Virus record (IMG/VR): IMGVR_UViG_3300009183_000098
Location: 1-62,836 of that record
Source of the DNA: a virus
Lineage: Duplodnaviria > Caudoviricetes
Length of the DNA: 62,836 bases
Strand: one strand, 5' to 3'
The stretch's first letter is position 1, and each line of letters begins with the position of its first letter. Below the pieces are notes generated by a model. The model did no database searches. It worked only from the letters and a program-made list of their open reading frames with translations, and was not told the origin of the DNA. The position numbers and the translations under genes are program-made. Below are positions 41,025-50,681 of this stretch, in pieces.

Positions 41025-42317
41025 ATGGTTATTAATAGTTATGAACAATATAACGAGTTAAAAACACGGATGGATCGGGAGATGCATATTTGCACACCGA
41101 TCTTTCGTGATTTATACTATCATGTCATGGAAAATGAATTGTTATGTGTATCTATAACATTCATGAACGGTGAATCATTTGTAGTATCTATTAGTCATGA
41201 GGATGCCCCACGATTTGAAATCCCAGTGGGTAATGCATCATGTTTTACGGCAAACTCTAAAGTAGTATCTACACAGTGTATTGATATTGCGGCAATTGCT
41301 TATATTCATCAATTGAATGTACCAGTAGTAAAAGACTTTTTTACTACATATATTACTGATACGCATAATATGTTTAATAATATGCGGAATGTGAATCGGA
41401 TCATTCCATTAACGACATGGGACAGTATTCTCACTAACTATAATACAGAATTATTACCCCTCGTAAGTCTATATGAACCATCTAGGCAATACACCTATAT
41501 GCACGAATTATTGACCACACTAAAGGATATAGAAAGTGCGGGATTGTGTGTAGATAGAACATTGCTGTCTCAACATTTTTCGTCTGATACAAATCGTGCG
41601 TTCAAAGATAACATGGTATATACGGAATATAATCCATATACTGCAACGGGTCGTCCAAGTAATAGATTTGGAGGGATAAACTTTGCCGCATTAAATAAGT
41701 CGGATGGTTCCCGTGATAGTTTTATTAGTAGATATCCGTTCGGATCATTGGTGCAAATGGATTTTGAAGCATATCATCTGCGATTGATGGCAAACGAATT
41801 GAGAGTCACATTACCGAGTGAACAATCTATTCATACGGAACTTGCCAAAATCTATTTTAATACATCAGATATTACGGAAGAAATGTATGCAGAAAGTAAA
41901 CGGCGAACGTTTGAAGTCATGTATGGAATGAGCAGAGAAACATATAATTTTGAATTATTTGAAAAGATTCATGAACATAGAAAACAATATGAACATACAA
42001 ATACCATCGAATTACCCAGTGGTATTGCGGTTGATGTGGGTATGCCGAATGCAAGTAAACTATTCAATTATTATGTACAATCGTTAGAGATGGTGAGAAC
42101 ATTACCGAAACTCACACGTATTATTGACCTCATAAAAAATACTACGAATCATTTGGTGTTGTATACATATGATAGTATATTGCTGGATATGCAATTCATG
42201 GATACTGAATTATTACAACAGATACAAGACATTTTAGAAGAAAACAAAAAATTCCCAGTCCGTATATATTCGGGAAATACATACGGTAATATTAAGGAGA
42301 TACATTTCCTAAAATAG
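41025..42317 (+). CDS. Short family A DNA polymerase-like protein
   Basis: TATGRPSN, motif A DFEAYHLRL, motif B K..TF..MYG, motif C YTYDS. Confidence 0.8.
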   Translation: MVINSYEQYNELKTRMDREMHICTPIFRDLYYHVMENELLCVSITFMNGESFVVSISHEDAPRFEIPVGNASCFTANSKVVSTQCIDIAAIAYIHQLNVPVVKDFFTTYITDTHNMFNNMRNVNRIIPLTTWDSILTNYNTELLPLVSLYEPSRQYTYMHELLTTLKDIESAGLCVDRTLLSQHFSSDTNRAFKDNMVYTEYNPYTATGRPSNRFGGINFAALNKSDGSRDSFISRYPFGSLVQMDFEAYHLRLMANELRVTLPSEQSIHTELAKIYFNTSDITEEMYAESKRRTFEVMYGMSRETYNFELFEKIHEHRKQYEHTNTIELPSGIAVDVGMPNASKLFNYYVQSLEMVRTLPKLTRIIDLIKNTTNHLVLYTYDSILLDMQFMDTELLQQIQDILEENKKFPVRIYSGNTYGNIKEIHFLK

Positions 42318-42394
42318 ATAACATTTACTGTAATTTGACGGTAGTTTGACGGTTAAATATAATATTTATATGAAGGTTGTTATACCTTTAATGG

Positions 42395-42802
42395 ATGTTA
42401 CATATGAATAATGAAACGCAACTTCTTTGCACATTCACTTCCGTAGACGAACTAGAAAATACCATTGATATTATAAAAAATTCATATACCTTAGTATTCA
42501 ATAAATTATATTTACTAGAAAATATTGCGGATGCAAATCAATTAGTGTTAACATATAATATTACAAAAACAAATACCAATATAATGCCACCTGTATCCAC
42601 CATTTCGGTGCACAGAAAGAAACAAACGAATACGATTTACACAATTAATGCAATTAATAAATTGATTGAAATGAAAAATAATGGTATATTGGATAAATCA
42701 TTTAGAATTGATTGGAATGAATTACAAAATACCGTATTAGTTACGGCATATGGAAAATTGAAAGTGGTAAATACTAAATTATCAGATATCATCGAATTAT
42801 AA
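42395..42802 (+). CDS. Hypothetical phage protein
   Basis: Intact ORF (QLLCTF, HRKK.TNT.YTINA.N); upstream ATATTTATA motif. Confidence 0.6.
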   Translation: MLHMNNETQLLCTFTSVDELENTIDIIKNSYTLVFNKLYLLENIADANQLVLTYNITKTNTNIMPPVSTISVHRKKQTNTIYTINAINKLIEMKNNGILDKSFRIDWNELQNTVLVTAYGKLKVVNTKLSDIIEL

Positions 42803-42812
42803 TAGTTACCCC

Positions 42813-42853
42813 TTGACAAACTAAGGTCAGCCCACTACCTTTATAAAGTGGGC
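42813..42853 (+). promoter_or_regulatory. Promoter of ssb with overlapping inverted repeat
   Basis: TTGACA-N17-TACCTT; GCCCACT-N10-AGTGGGC. Confidence 0.6.
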
Positions 42854-42901
42854 AATAAACTCACTAAACAAAACATTCTAAACTCTAAGAGGTACACACG
42901 T

Positions 42902-43699
42902 ATGGGAATTAACATCTCAGCACTCAAGTCTAAGCTCAATCAGTTCACTCGTCAGAACGACCGCAGTGATGCGCTCTGGAAGCCCACAGAAGGAAAGACA
43001 GTTATTCGTATTGTTCCGTGGAAGGATAATAAGGAAAATCCGTTCATCGAACTGTATTTTCATTATCTCGGCAATAAGACACATCTCTCTCCTACCTCAA
43101 ACGGCAATCGTGATCCTATCGTAGAATTTGCGGATGCATTGCAGGCGGGTGGTTCTAAGGATGATTGGCAGCAGGCACGTCCATTCCGTCCAAAGCTTCG
43201 TACATTCGTTCCTATCATTGTTCGTGGCGAAGAAGAGAAGGGCGTTCGTTTCATGTCATTCGGTAAGATCGTATACACGGAATTGTTGTCGATCATCTCT
43301 GATCCCGATTATGGCGATATTACCGATGTGCAGAACGGCCGTGACATTGTGGTAGAATATATTCCACAGGAAAAGAGTGATACAAACTTTGCAAAGACGA
43401 TGGTTCGTCCTAAGCCCAATCAGACGCCGTTGGCAGATTCTCCTGAGAAGATTCAGAAGTTTCTCACAGACCAGCCCGATGTCAAGGCAATTTTCAAGGA
43501 ACCCTCATACGAAGAATTGAAGGTTGCCCTTGAACGATATCTTGATCCCGATGCAGTAAAGACTGCTCCCGTTGCTGCTCCTGTGAAGGAAGCACCAATT
43601 GTCAATCCCACCTCCCCAACGGCAGTTAAGTCCGTGGAACTCAAGTCAAAGTCAGTCAAGGATATGGTTGACGAATTTGACGACGTATTTAATAACTAA
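42902..43699 (+). CDS. Single-stranded DNA-binding protein (gp32-like)
   Basis: WKP..GK..IR.VP, PF.EL.FHY, DYGDITD...GRD; acidic tail EFDDVFNN; start moved to MGIN. Confidence 0.85.
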   Translation: MGINISALKSKLNQFTRQNDRSDALWKPTEGKTVIRIVPWKDNKENPFIELYFHYLGNKTHLSPTSNGNRDPIVEFADALQAGGSKDDWQQARPFRPKLRTFVPIIVRGEEEKGVRFMSFGKIVYTELLSIISDPDYGDITDVQNGRDIVVEYIPQEKSDTNFAKTMVRPKPNQTPLADSPEKIQKFLTDQPDVKAIFKEPSYEELKVALERYLDPDAVKTAPVAAPVKEAPIVNPTSPTAVKSVELKSKSVKDMVDEFDDVFNN

Positions 43700-43705
43700 A
43701 ATCAC

Positions 43706-43752
43706 TTGACTTTACTTGGATGGCCCACTATATTACAATAGTGGGTCATTCA
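43706..43752 (+). promoter_or_regulatory. Promoter of recA with overlapping inverted repeat
   Basis: TTGACT-N17-TATATT; GCCCACT-N10-AGTGGGT. Confidence 0.65.
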
Positions 43753-43777
43753 CGTTATTATACTATAGGAAAATATT

Positions 43778-44920
43778 ATGGCAAAGGTAGATAAGAAGGT
43801 CATTCAAGAACCGGATCGTGATGAGCTTGCATCGCTTATTGCAGAGTCTTTGAATAAAATGAATAAAGATAGCGATCAAGTTGCATTTTTTCTTGATGGT
43901 CGTGAATCAACGCCCACCGACTTTACCGACTTTGTTTCTACGGGAGCAACGATGTTGGATGTCGCAATTAGCAACAGGCCGAACGGTGGAATTGCAGTTG
44001 GCCGTATCACCGAACTCACGGGATTAGAGGGGTCTGGGAAGTCGCTAATAGGGGCACAGTTGATTGCAAACACACAGTTAAGGGGTGGAGTAGGGGTTCT
44101 TATTGATACTGAAACTGCGGTCAATGCGGAGTTCTTTAAGGCAGTCGGTATTGATATGAATAAGTTGGTATATGTTCAGTTACAGACGGTTGAAGAAATC
44201 TTTGATGCAATCACTGTCATTATTGAAAGTGTTCGAAAAGATCCCAAGAAGCGAGATAAGATTGTTACCATCGTTGTAGACTCCGTTGCTGCCGCATCCA
44301 CGAAGAAAGAAATGGAAGCAGACTTCGGGAAGGATGGATATGCAACTGATAAGGCAATTATTATCAGTAAGGCAATGCGTAAGATTACGGGATTGTTGGG
44401 CCGTGAACGGATTGCTCTCGTCTTCACCAATCAGCTCCGTCAGAAGATGAATGCAATGGCGTTCTCTGACCCGTGGACGACTTCGGGTGGTAAGGCTATT
44501 GCATTCCACGCATCGACTCGTCTCCGCTTGTCGTTGCTCGGTAAGATTAGTAATTCCAGTGGTGATGTGATTGGTGTGAAGGTGAAGGCAAATGTTGTCA
44601 AGAATCGTCTTGGACCACCGCATCGCACGGCAGAATTTGAAATTTACTTTAATCGTGGCATTGACGATTTAGGTAGTTGGTTGAAGGTGATGAAGGAAAA
44701 TAAAATGGTCAAGCAGGCAGGGGCATGGTATGTATACGTTGACCCAGTTACGGAAGTGGAAACAAAGTTCCAATCAAAGGACTTTCAAGCGTTCCTAGAC
44801 GAAGACCCTATTCGGAAGCAAGTACTCTACAGTGAGATTTGTGATTCACTGATTATGAAGTACCAGAGTGAATTTGATCCTGAAGATGTGAGTATTTCGG
44901 CGGCAACCGAAGATGAATAA
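43778..44920 (+). CDS. recA: RecA/UvsX recombinase
   Basis: GRITEL.GLEGSGKS, VVDSVAA, FTNQLR, SGGKA..FHAS.R, KNR.GPP. Confidence 0.95.
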   Translation: MAKVDKKVIQEPDRDELASLIAESLNKMNKDSDQVAFFLDGRESTPTDFTDFVSTGATMLDVAISNRPNGGIAVGRITELTGLEGSGKSLIGAQLIANTQLRGGVGVLIDTETAVNAEFFKAVGIDMNKLVYVQLQTVEEIFDAITVIIESVRKDPKKRDKIVTIVVDSVAAASTKKEMEADFGKDGYATDKAIIISKAMRKITGLLGRERIALVFTNQLRQKMNAMAFSDPWTTSGGKAIAFHASTRLRLSLLGKISNSSGDVIGVKVKANVVKNRLGPPHRTAEFEIYFNRGIDDLGSWLKVMKENKMVKQAGAWYVYVDPVTEVETKFQSKDFQAFLDEDPIRKQVLYSEICDSLIMKYQSEFDPEDVSISAATEDE

Positions 44921-45227
44921 TCCAGAAGATATTGTGCAGATGGCAATTGCCTCTGTTAAAGAGGTTTATACTAGCCATGAATCATCTATATTACTACAAG
45001 AGTTTGAATTGAAACTTCGTAGGCAGATAATGCAAGCAGAGTCGCAGGTTCAGTTGAAACCAGTCGGACCCGTAAAGCGTGACGGGGAGGCATCAGTAAC
45101 AATCCGTGCCTCTCCTTCACACACCTACACAATTAATCCACCAAACTTGATGGGCAAGTGGACGCCAGGCGGCACAAGCGGCCGCGACTGGCATGACGCT
45201 ATTAAACCAGACATTTTACATGGCTAA
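44913..45227 (+). CDS. Hypothetical protein
   Basis: ORF overlapping both neighbours. Confidence 0.5.
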   Translation: MNNPEDIVQMAIASVKEVYTSHESSILLQEFELKLRRQIMQAESQVQLKPVGPVKRDGEASVTIRASPSHTYTINPPNLMGKWTPGGTSGRDWHDAIKPDILHG

Positions 45228-46272
45228 TCTGCAAGATATTTTTCACAATATGAAGTTTGAAGAAGACCCGCAAGGCATGACGTATAATAGTCGGGTATTG
45301 TTAATCGACGCGATGAATTTATTCATACGTTCATATTCAGCAGTGCCTTCAATGGACGACGATGGAAACCACATTGGGGGTATGATTGGATTCTTTAAGA
45401 GTTTAGGTCTTGCTATTCGCACGTTTAAGCCCACCCGGACCATCATTGTTTTTGATGGAAAGGGTGGGAGCCAAAGTCGTAGAAAGATTTATCAGCAGTA
45501 TAAGGCAAATCGTAAACCTCCGGTTCGATTGAATCGGAGCTATGATTTAACGACGGATGAACAAGAAAAAGAAAATATGAAGTGGCAGTTGGTATCATTG
45601 GTTGAAATGCTGGAATGTTTGCCCGTTACTATTTTTGCATTGGACAATGTAGAAGCAGATGATGTGATTGCCTATCTATCGCAATTGATTACAGCAGACG
45701 GTGGAGATAGTATTATTTATTCCACCGATAAGGATTTCTTTCAACTTGCCGCAGAAAATATCAAAATCTATAATCCCATCAAAAAGAAAACATTTAGTGA
45801 CCAAGTAATCTTGGAAGATTATGGCATTCATCCAAAACACTTTCATTTCTTCCGTGCGTTAGATGGGGATAAGAGTGATAATATTGATGGAGTAAAGGGC
45901 GTTGGGGAAACTAATCTGAAAAAGTATCTTCCAGAAATTGCTGACCCAACTGCAGAAATTTCGGTAGACATGATTCGCAATAAATATGCAAATATAAAGA
46001 AGGTTCCTAAGATGATTGAGAACATTCTGAATAATGAAGATATAATTGAACGAAATATTACATTAATGAATCTCCACGAAAGTATTATGTCGATTGATGC
46101 TAAAATGAAGGTAGTCAATAGATTTCAGACGACATCGACATCATTGCGGAAGGTAGACTTGACAAAGTTGATGATGAAGTCTAGATTACTACAAGCATTC
46201 CCCAACTACGACAGTTGGTTATCGCAGAATTTCATTCCTCTTAGCAGGTTTAATAATGACACCACAGTATGA
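45220..46272 (+). CDS. 5'-3' exonuclease/RNase H (PolI N-terminal family)
   Basis: LIDAMNLF.R, VFDG, YKANR, EADDVI, STDKDF.QL, GDKSDNI.GV.GVG. Confidence 0.93.
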   Translation: MANLQDIFHNMKFEEDPQGMTYNSRVLLIDAMNLFIRSYSAVPSMDDDGNHIGGMIGFFKSLGLAIRTFKPTRTIIVFDGKGGSQSRRKIYQQYKANRKPPVRLNRSYDLTTDEQEKENMKWQLVSLVEMLECLPVTIFALDNVEADDVIAYLSQLITADGGDSIIYSTDKDFFQLAAENIKIYNPIKKKTFSDQVILEDYGIHPKHFHFFRALDGDKSDNIDGVKGVGETNLKKYLPEIADPTAEISVDMIRNKYANIKKVPKMIENILNNEDIIERNITLMNLHESIMSIDAKMKVVNRFQTTSTSLRKVDLTKLMMKSRLLQAFPNYDSWLSQNFIPLSRFNNDTTV

Positions 46273-47041
46273 TACGACAGTAGACAATCTTGCAAAATAC
46301 GGACCAACATTTCAGGCAAAAGTATTAGCAAGTTTGTTGTCGTCCACAGAGTTTTTGCAGCAATCACTGGATGTATTAAATCCTAAATTCTTTGAATCAA
46401 ATGCAGGACAATGGATCGTTGATACGACGATTGATTATTTTGCCGATTATAAGTCATTACCAACCTTGGAAGTTTTCAAGGTTAAGTTGGATACGGTGAA
46501 TGATGATGTATTGAAGATTGCCATCAAGGATCAACTACGATCTGCGTTTCAACGAAAGAACGACGAGGATCTGCAATATATCCGTGATAGTTTTCTCGAC
46601 TTTGCAAAGAACCAAGCAATTAAATCTGCTATCATTCGTTCCGTTGATTTGTTGCAGATTGGTCAATATGGTGAAATTAAGAATTTAATTGATGGGGCAA
46701 TGAAAGCAGGACAGCCTCGTAACATTGGACATAATTGGAGAGATGATATTGGCATTAGACTCTCGGGCATTTCTCGTATCGTCGTTCCAACTGGATGGGA
46801 TTCTATTGACCAGTTGATTGGGGGAGGATTAGGTGCCGGTGAACTCGGTGTTATTGCTGCACCCTCTGGCATTGGCAAATGCGTTGACGGTGACACTGAA
46901 ATTGATATTGAGTATGAAGAGTTTTGTATTGAATTGGACGGTCAAGAAGTCTGGTTTGCTGCATGGGATACTATTAATATTGGCAACAGAGAAGTGCGCG
47001 GATGGGAGTTAGTAGCCATTTTAAAAATAGCAGTATCATAA
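46256..47041 (+). CDS. dnaB: DnaB-like helicase N-terminal part fused to split intein N-fragment
   Basis: Ends at Walker A GELGVIAAPSGIGK, followed by intein block A CVDGDT. Confidence 0.9.
   Translation: MTPQYDTTVDNLAKYGPTFQAKVLASLLSSTEFLQQSLDVLNPKFFESNAGQWIVDTTIDYFADYKSLPTLEVFKVKLDTVNDDVLKIAIKDQLRSAFQRKNDEDLQYIRDSFLDFAKNQAIKSAIIRSVDLLQIGQYGEIKNLIDGAMKAGQPRNIGHNWRDDIGIRLSGISRIVVPTGWDSIDQLIGGGLGAGELGVIAAPSGIGKCVDGDTEIDIEYEEFCIELDGQEVWFAAWDTINIGNREVRGWELVAILKIAVS
46880..47038 (+). mobile_element. Split intein IntN (53 aa) of DnaB
   Basis: Starts at Cys directly after GK; acidic; no block B. Confidence 0.85.
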
Positions 47042-47101
47042 TTACACTTTCGGGAGTTGGTAAGACTATTTATTAATGTAACCAATTCCCGAAGGAGTAA
47101 T
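47041..47101 (+). promoter_or_regulatory. RBS-sequestering hairpin with late-promoter motif in the loop
   Basis: ATTACACTTTCGGGAGTTGGT pairs with ACCAATTCCCGAAGGAGTAAT (one mismatch, two G-U); CTATTTAT in loop. Confidence 0.8.
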
Positions 47102-47103
47102 AT

Positions 47104-48126
47104 ATGTTAGAATGTAAAGTTTGCGGCAGACAGTTTGTAAAAAATAATATTATTTCACATATAAAACATAAGCATAATATTACCGGCGAAGAGTATAAAT
47201 CTCAATATAATTCACCGGTTCTGATACAGTCAGATGAAACAAAAATGAAATTATCCAACGCCGTAAAAAATAATAGTTATTATTCAGTTCAATATTGGAT
47301 AAATAAGGGGATGACTGAAGAAGACGCGACCATACATATCCATGAACTAGGTAAAAAAAATTCCATGCGAAGGATTGAATATTGGGTAGCAAAAGGATAT
47401 ACTGAGTCTGAAGCTCGTGACAAAGTAAAATCTTTACAATCATCGGTAGGAAAACTTCAGCGGAGTTCAAAGCATAAGTGGATTGCAGAAGGATATTCTC
47501 AAGAAGATGCTACTAAAATTGCGTCGGAACATCTTCAACAAAAATCAACATTTCATATAAGATATTGGATGGATAGGCACGGCATGACCGAAGATGAGGC
47601 CAAAGGTCGCATATCCAGTATACAAAAAGATTTGTCTAGTAGATCAAGTAAATTTTTAGGTAAAAAGCGAACCGAAGAGTCAAAACAAAAAATATCTGAG
47701 CCTATAAAAACTCTCATAAAAAAGATTGGCGTTGATAATTGGATATCGCATTTCGGAGATTTTGATAACGGAAGAAGTTTCTTAGAAGAAGAAATCTTTC
47801 AATATGTAAAAACTAAAAATTGTTCTGCAAAACATAATTTGATGATAGGTAGATATAATGTTGACATTGTTGTAGAGAATAAACTTATAGAGGTATTTGG
47901 TGATTATTGGCACGCTAATCCATTGTTGTATGAAGAGGCAGATACAATAATTTATCCAGGTGACGCCAGAATTTTGGTTAGTGACAAATGGAATTCCGAT
48001 AGAATAAGACTTGAATATTTAAAAACAGTTGGGTATGATGTTCTTGTTGTATGGGAAAGTGATTGGCGTAAAAATTTAGAAAAAACACAACAAACTATAT
48101 TGGACTTTTTATATGATATCAAATAG
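47104..48126 (+). CDS. Vsr/DUF559-like homing endonuclease inside the fractured helicase gene
   Basis: N-terminal C2H2 finger, four YW..KG.TE.EA-type repeats, YNVD...IEVFGDYWH, VVWESD. Confidence 0.85.
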   Translation: MLECKVCGRQFVKNNIISHIKHKHNITGEEYKSQYNSPVLIQSDETKMKLSNAVKNNSYYSVQYWINKGMTEEDATIHIHELGKKNSMRRIEYWVAKGYTESEARDKVKSLQSSVGKLQRSSKHKWIAEGYSQEDATKIASEHLQQKSTFHIRYWMDRHGMTEDEAKGRISSIQKDLSSRSSKFLGKKRTEESKQKISEPIKTLIKKIGVDNWISHFGDFDNGRSFLEEEIFQYVKTKNCSAKHNLMIGRYNVDIVVENKLIEVFGDYWHANPLLYEEADTIIYPGDARILVSDKWNSDRIRLEYLKTVGYDVLVVWESDWRKNLEKTQQTILDFLYDIK

Positions 48127-48523
48127 CAGGATGGTTAAAAAAACCACATCAATGAAAGACATGTTTGACAAATTGGGAATCCCTGAAAAGGAGCATGCAT
48201 ATCTGGAACCTAATTTTACTGTAAAGGTACGGGGTGACAAGGGATATTACCCAATCAGAAAATTTTTTAGGACACATGCACAAAATAGTGCAACAGTTAT
48301 ACTCAGTAATGGGATGTCACTGAAGTGTGGACATGATCATCAAGTATATACAGATCGTGGTTGGGTAAAATCATGTGATTTACAGCCAACGGATGTTATC
48401 CACACCGACCAAGGAATTGCATCGCCGATAAACTGTGTAGTGGATGATACAGTAAAACCGTTGTATGATATCTCTGTGGAGGAAGTTCATTCATACTATT
48501 CAAACAACATTCTCTCTCATAAC
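48113..48523 (+). mobile_element. Split intein IntC (~137 aa) of DnaB
   Basis: Contains blocks B, F and G, ends HN, +1 residue Ser. Confidence 0.85.
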
Positions 48524-49285
48524 TCATGGGCGCTTGCTACGATTGGTGCAAATGCAGCAAAAGCGGGAAAACGTGTGGTGTATTATACTTTGGAGTTGAA
48601 CGAAAATTATGTTGGACTTCGGTATGATACGATTTTTACAGGAATTGAACCTGGTAATGTTCCGCAACACCCGCAGCAGGTTCGTGATGCAGTTGATGGG
48701 GTGACGGGTGATATTATCATTAAATATTATCCCGCACGATCCATTACCGTTCATACCATTCGGGCACATCTCGACCATTTGATTAGTAATAAACTCAAGC
48801 CAGATTTAATGCTAATTGATTATGCAGACCTTATGCGTTCTACTGACCGTATAGATGCTCGACATCAAGAACTGGGGGCAATTTATGAAGAAATTCGTGG
48901 TATGTCTGGTGAGATGGCCATTCCATGTTGGACTGCTTCACAAACACAACGCAGTAGTATTCAAGATGAAGTAATTCAGGCCGATAAGATTGCTGAATCC
49001 TATCAGAAAATTATGACCGCTGACTTAGTGATTTCACTGTCGCGGAAACTGGAAGATAAGGCAAATCATACTGGCCGAGCGCACGTTATGAAAAATCGGT
49101 TTGGCGTCGATGGTGTAACACTACCTGTATATATGAATACTGGTCTTGGAAAGATTGAAATTTACGATGAAAATTCTTCCAAGGGCATTCTGTTGAAGAA
49201 GCAAATGCAGGCGGGGGAGGGAATGTTAAAAAAGACTCTTGCAAAGAAATTATCTGAACTCCACGATGATTTTTCGGAAGAGTGA
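48113..49285 (+). CDS. dnaB: Split intein C-fragment fused to DnaB-like helicase C-terminal part
   Basis: CGHDHQVYT, LYDISV..VHSY..NNILSHN/S, then YTLEL, IDYADL, TASQ, KNRFG. Confidence 0.9.
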   Translation: MISNSRMVKKTTSMKDMFDKLGIPEKEHAYLEPNFTVKVRGDKGYYPIRKFFRTHAQNSATVILSNGMSLKCGHDHQVYTDRGWVKSCDLQPTDVIHTDQGIASPINCVVDDTVKPLYDISVEEVHSYYSNNILSHNSWALATIGANAAKAGKRVVYYTLELNENYVGLRYDTIFTGIEPGNVPQHPQQVRDAVDGVTGDIIIKYYPARSITVHTIRAHLDHLISNKLKPDLMLIDYADLMRSTDRIDARHQELGAIYEEIRGMSGEMAIPCWTASQTQRSSIQDEVIQADKIAESYQKIMTADLVISLSRKLEDKANHTGRAHVMKNRFGVDGVTLPVYMNTGLGKIEIYDENSSKGILLKKQMQAGEGMLKKTLAKKLSELHDDFSEE

Positions 49286-49335
49286 GTGATAATTATTAGA
49301 ACCAATGAACCTAAACCGCTCGGAGATAGCCCGAA

Positions 49336-50619
49336 ATGCAGCTAGAATCAAAATTATTGTCGGCCATTACGACTTTTATGAAGTACAGCAAGTACCTGCC
49401 AGACAAACAGCGCAGAGAAACCTGGACAGAGTTAGTAGATAGAAATAAGAACATGCATCTAGAGAAGTTCCCTCAGTTGAAAGAGGAAATTGATGCCGTG
49501 TATAAATTTGTATATGATAAGAAAATTCTCCCATCTATGCGTTCCTTACAGTTTGCGGGAAAGCCAGTTGATTTAAACAATACTCGTTTATACAATTGTT
49601 GCTTTCTTCCTGTAGACCACAGTGACGCATTCAGTGAAATCATGTTCCTATTATTGTCGGGAACTGGTGTGGGATATTCCGTGCAACGCCAGCACGTAGA
49701 AAAGCTCCCAGAAATTAATAAACCAACTCGTACTCGCCGTTACCTTGTTGCCGATAGCATCGAAGGGTGGGCGGATGCCGTAAAGGTGTTAGTGACTGCT
49801 TACATGAAAGGAAAGGCATATCCGTTGTTTGATTTCCGTGACATTCGTCCAAAGGGTGCAATGTTGATTACGGCGGGTGGGAAGGCGCCCGGTGCTGAAC
49901 CATTAAAGGATTGTTTGCATAATATTCAAAAGGTATTAGACCGCAAGGCAAACGGTGAACAACTCACCACACTGGAAGTGCATGACATTATGTGTTATAT
50001 CGCAGATGCAGTATTGTCGGGCGGTATTCGTCGGTCAGCAATGATTGCGTTGTTTGACCTTGACGATGATGATATGCTGACCTGTAAGTTCGGCAACTGG
50101 TGGGAGAACGAAGCACAACGTGGTCGTGCAAATAACTCTGCGGTGATTGTTCGTCACAAAATTGAAAAGGAAATTTTCCTTGATCTCTGGAAGAAGATTG
50201 AATTGAGTGGTTCTGGCGAACCCGGATTCTTCTTTACGAATGATGCGGCATGGGGATTAAATCCATGTTTAACAGGAGATTCTCTAATTACAGTCAAAGA
50301 CCATGACACAACTACGGATGGAGTAACAATTGCGGAAGGCGGAGTATATCAAATTCCGTTAAAGCAACTCGTAGAACTTTATGAAACAAGTACGTTGCCA
50401 CCCATGTTACTTTCATATAATACAGAGTTGAAGCAGTTGGAGTGGGATATGTTAGACAACGCAGCTCTTACTCGCGAGAAGGCGTCCATTATTGAGTTGA
50501 CACTTGATAATGGCGAGACTCTCAAACTTACTCCTGACCATAAGGTATTTACCGAAAATCGTGGTTGGATAGAGGCAGCCCAACTGACAGACGAAGATAT
50601 TTTGGTAACTATTAAATAA
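49336..50619 (+). CDS. nrdJ: Class II ribonucleotide reductase N-terminal part fused to split intein N-fragment
   Basis: PSMR, YNC, GTGVGYSV, GGIRRSA, GEPG...NP then CLTGDS and LTPDH. Confidence 0.93.
   Translation: MQLESKLLSAITTFMKYSKYLPDKQRRETWTELVDRNKNMHLEKFPQLKEEIDAVYKFVYDKKILPSMRSLQFAGKPVDLNNTRLYNCCFLPVDHSDAFSEIMFLLLSGTGVGYSVQRQHVEKLPEINKPTRTRRYLVADSIEGWADAVKVLVTAYMKGKAYPLFDFRDIRPKGAMLITAGGKAPGAEPLKDCLHNIQKVLDRKANGEQLTTLEVHDIMCYIADAVLSGGIRRSAMIALFDLDDDDMLTCKFGNWWENEAQRGRANNSAVIVRHKIEKEIFLDLWKKIELSGSGEPGFFFTNDAAWGLNPCLTGDSLITVKDHDTTTDGVTIAEGGVYQIPLKQLVELYETSTLPPMLLSYNTELKQLEWDMLDNAALTREKASIIELTLDNGETLKLTPDHKVFTENRGWIEAAQLTDEDILVTIK
50266..50616 (+). mobile_element. Split intein IntN (117 aa) of NrdJ
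   Basis: Block A CLTGDS, block B LTPDHKVFT, ends L..ED.L. Confidence 0.9.
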
Positions 50620-50631
50620 CATATGGATTGT

Positions 50632-50677
50632 TTCCCCACAATAGACACTACTTATATGTAGAACCTATTGTGGGGAA
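50632..50677 (+). promoter_or_regulatory. RBS-sequestering hairpin with late-promoter-like motif in the loop
   Basis: Perfect 13-bp stem TTCCCCACAATAG/CTATTGTGGGGAA; CTACTTATA in loop; ATG at 50682. Confidence 0.8.
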
Positions 50678-50681
50678 CGCT

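Noticed and set aside
47041-48126. Group I intron interrupting the helicase
   Set aside because: Only ~60 nt is non-coding, too little for a ribozyme core, and intein blocks explain the junctions; the same holds for nrdJ
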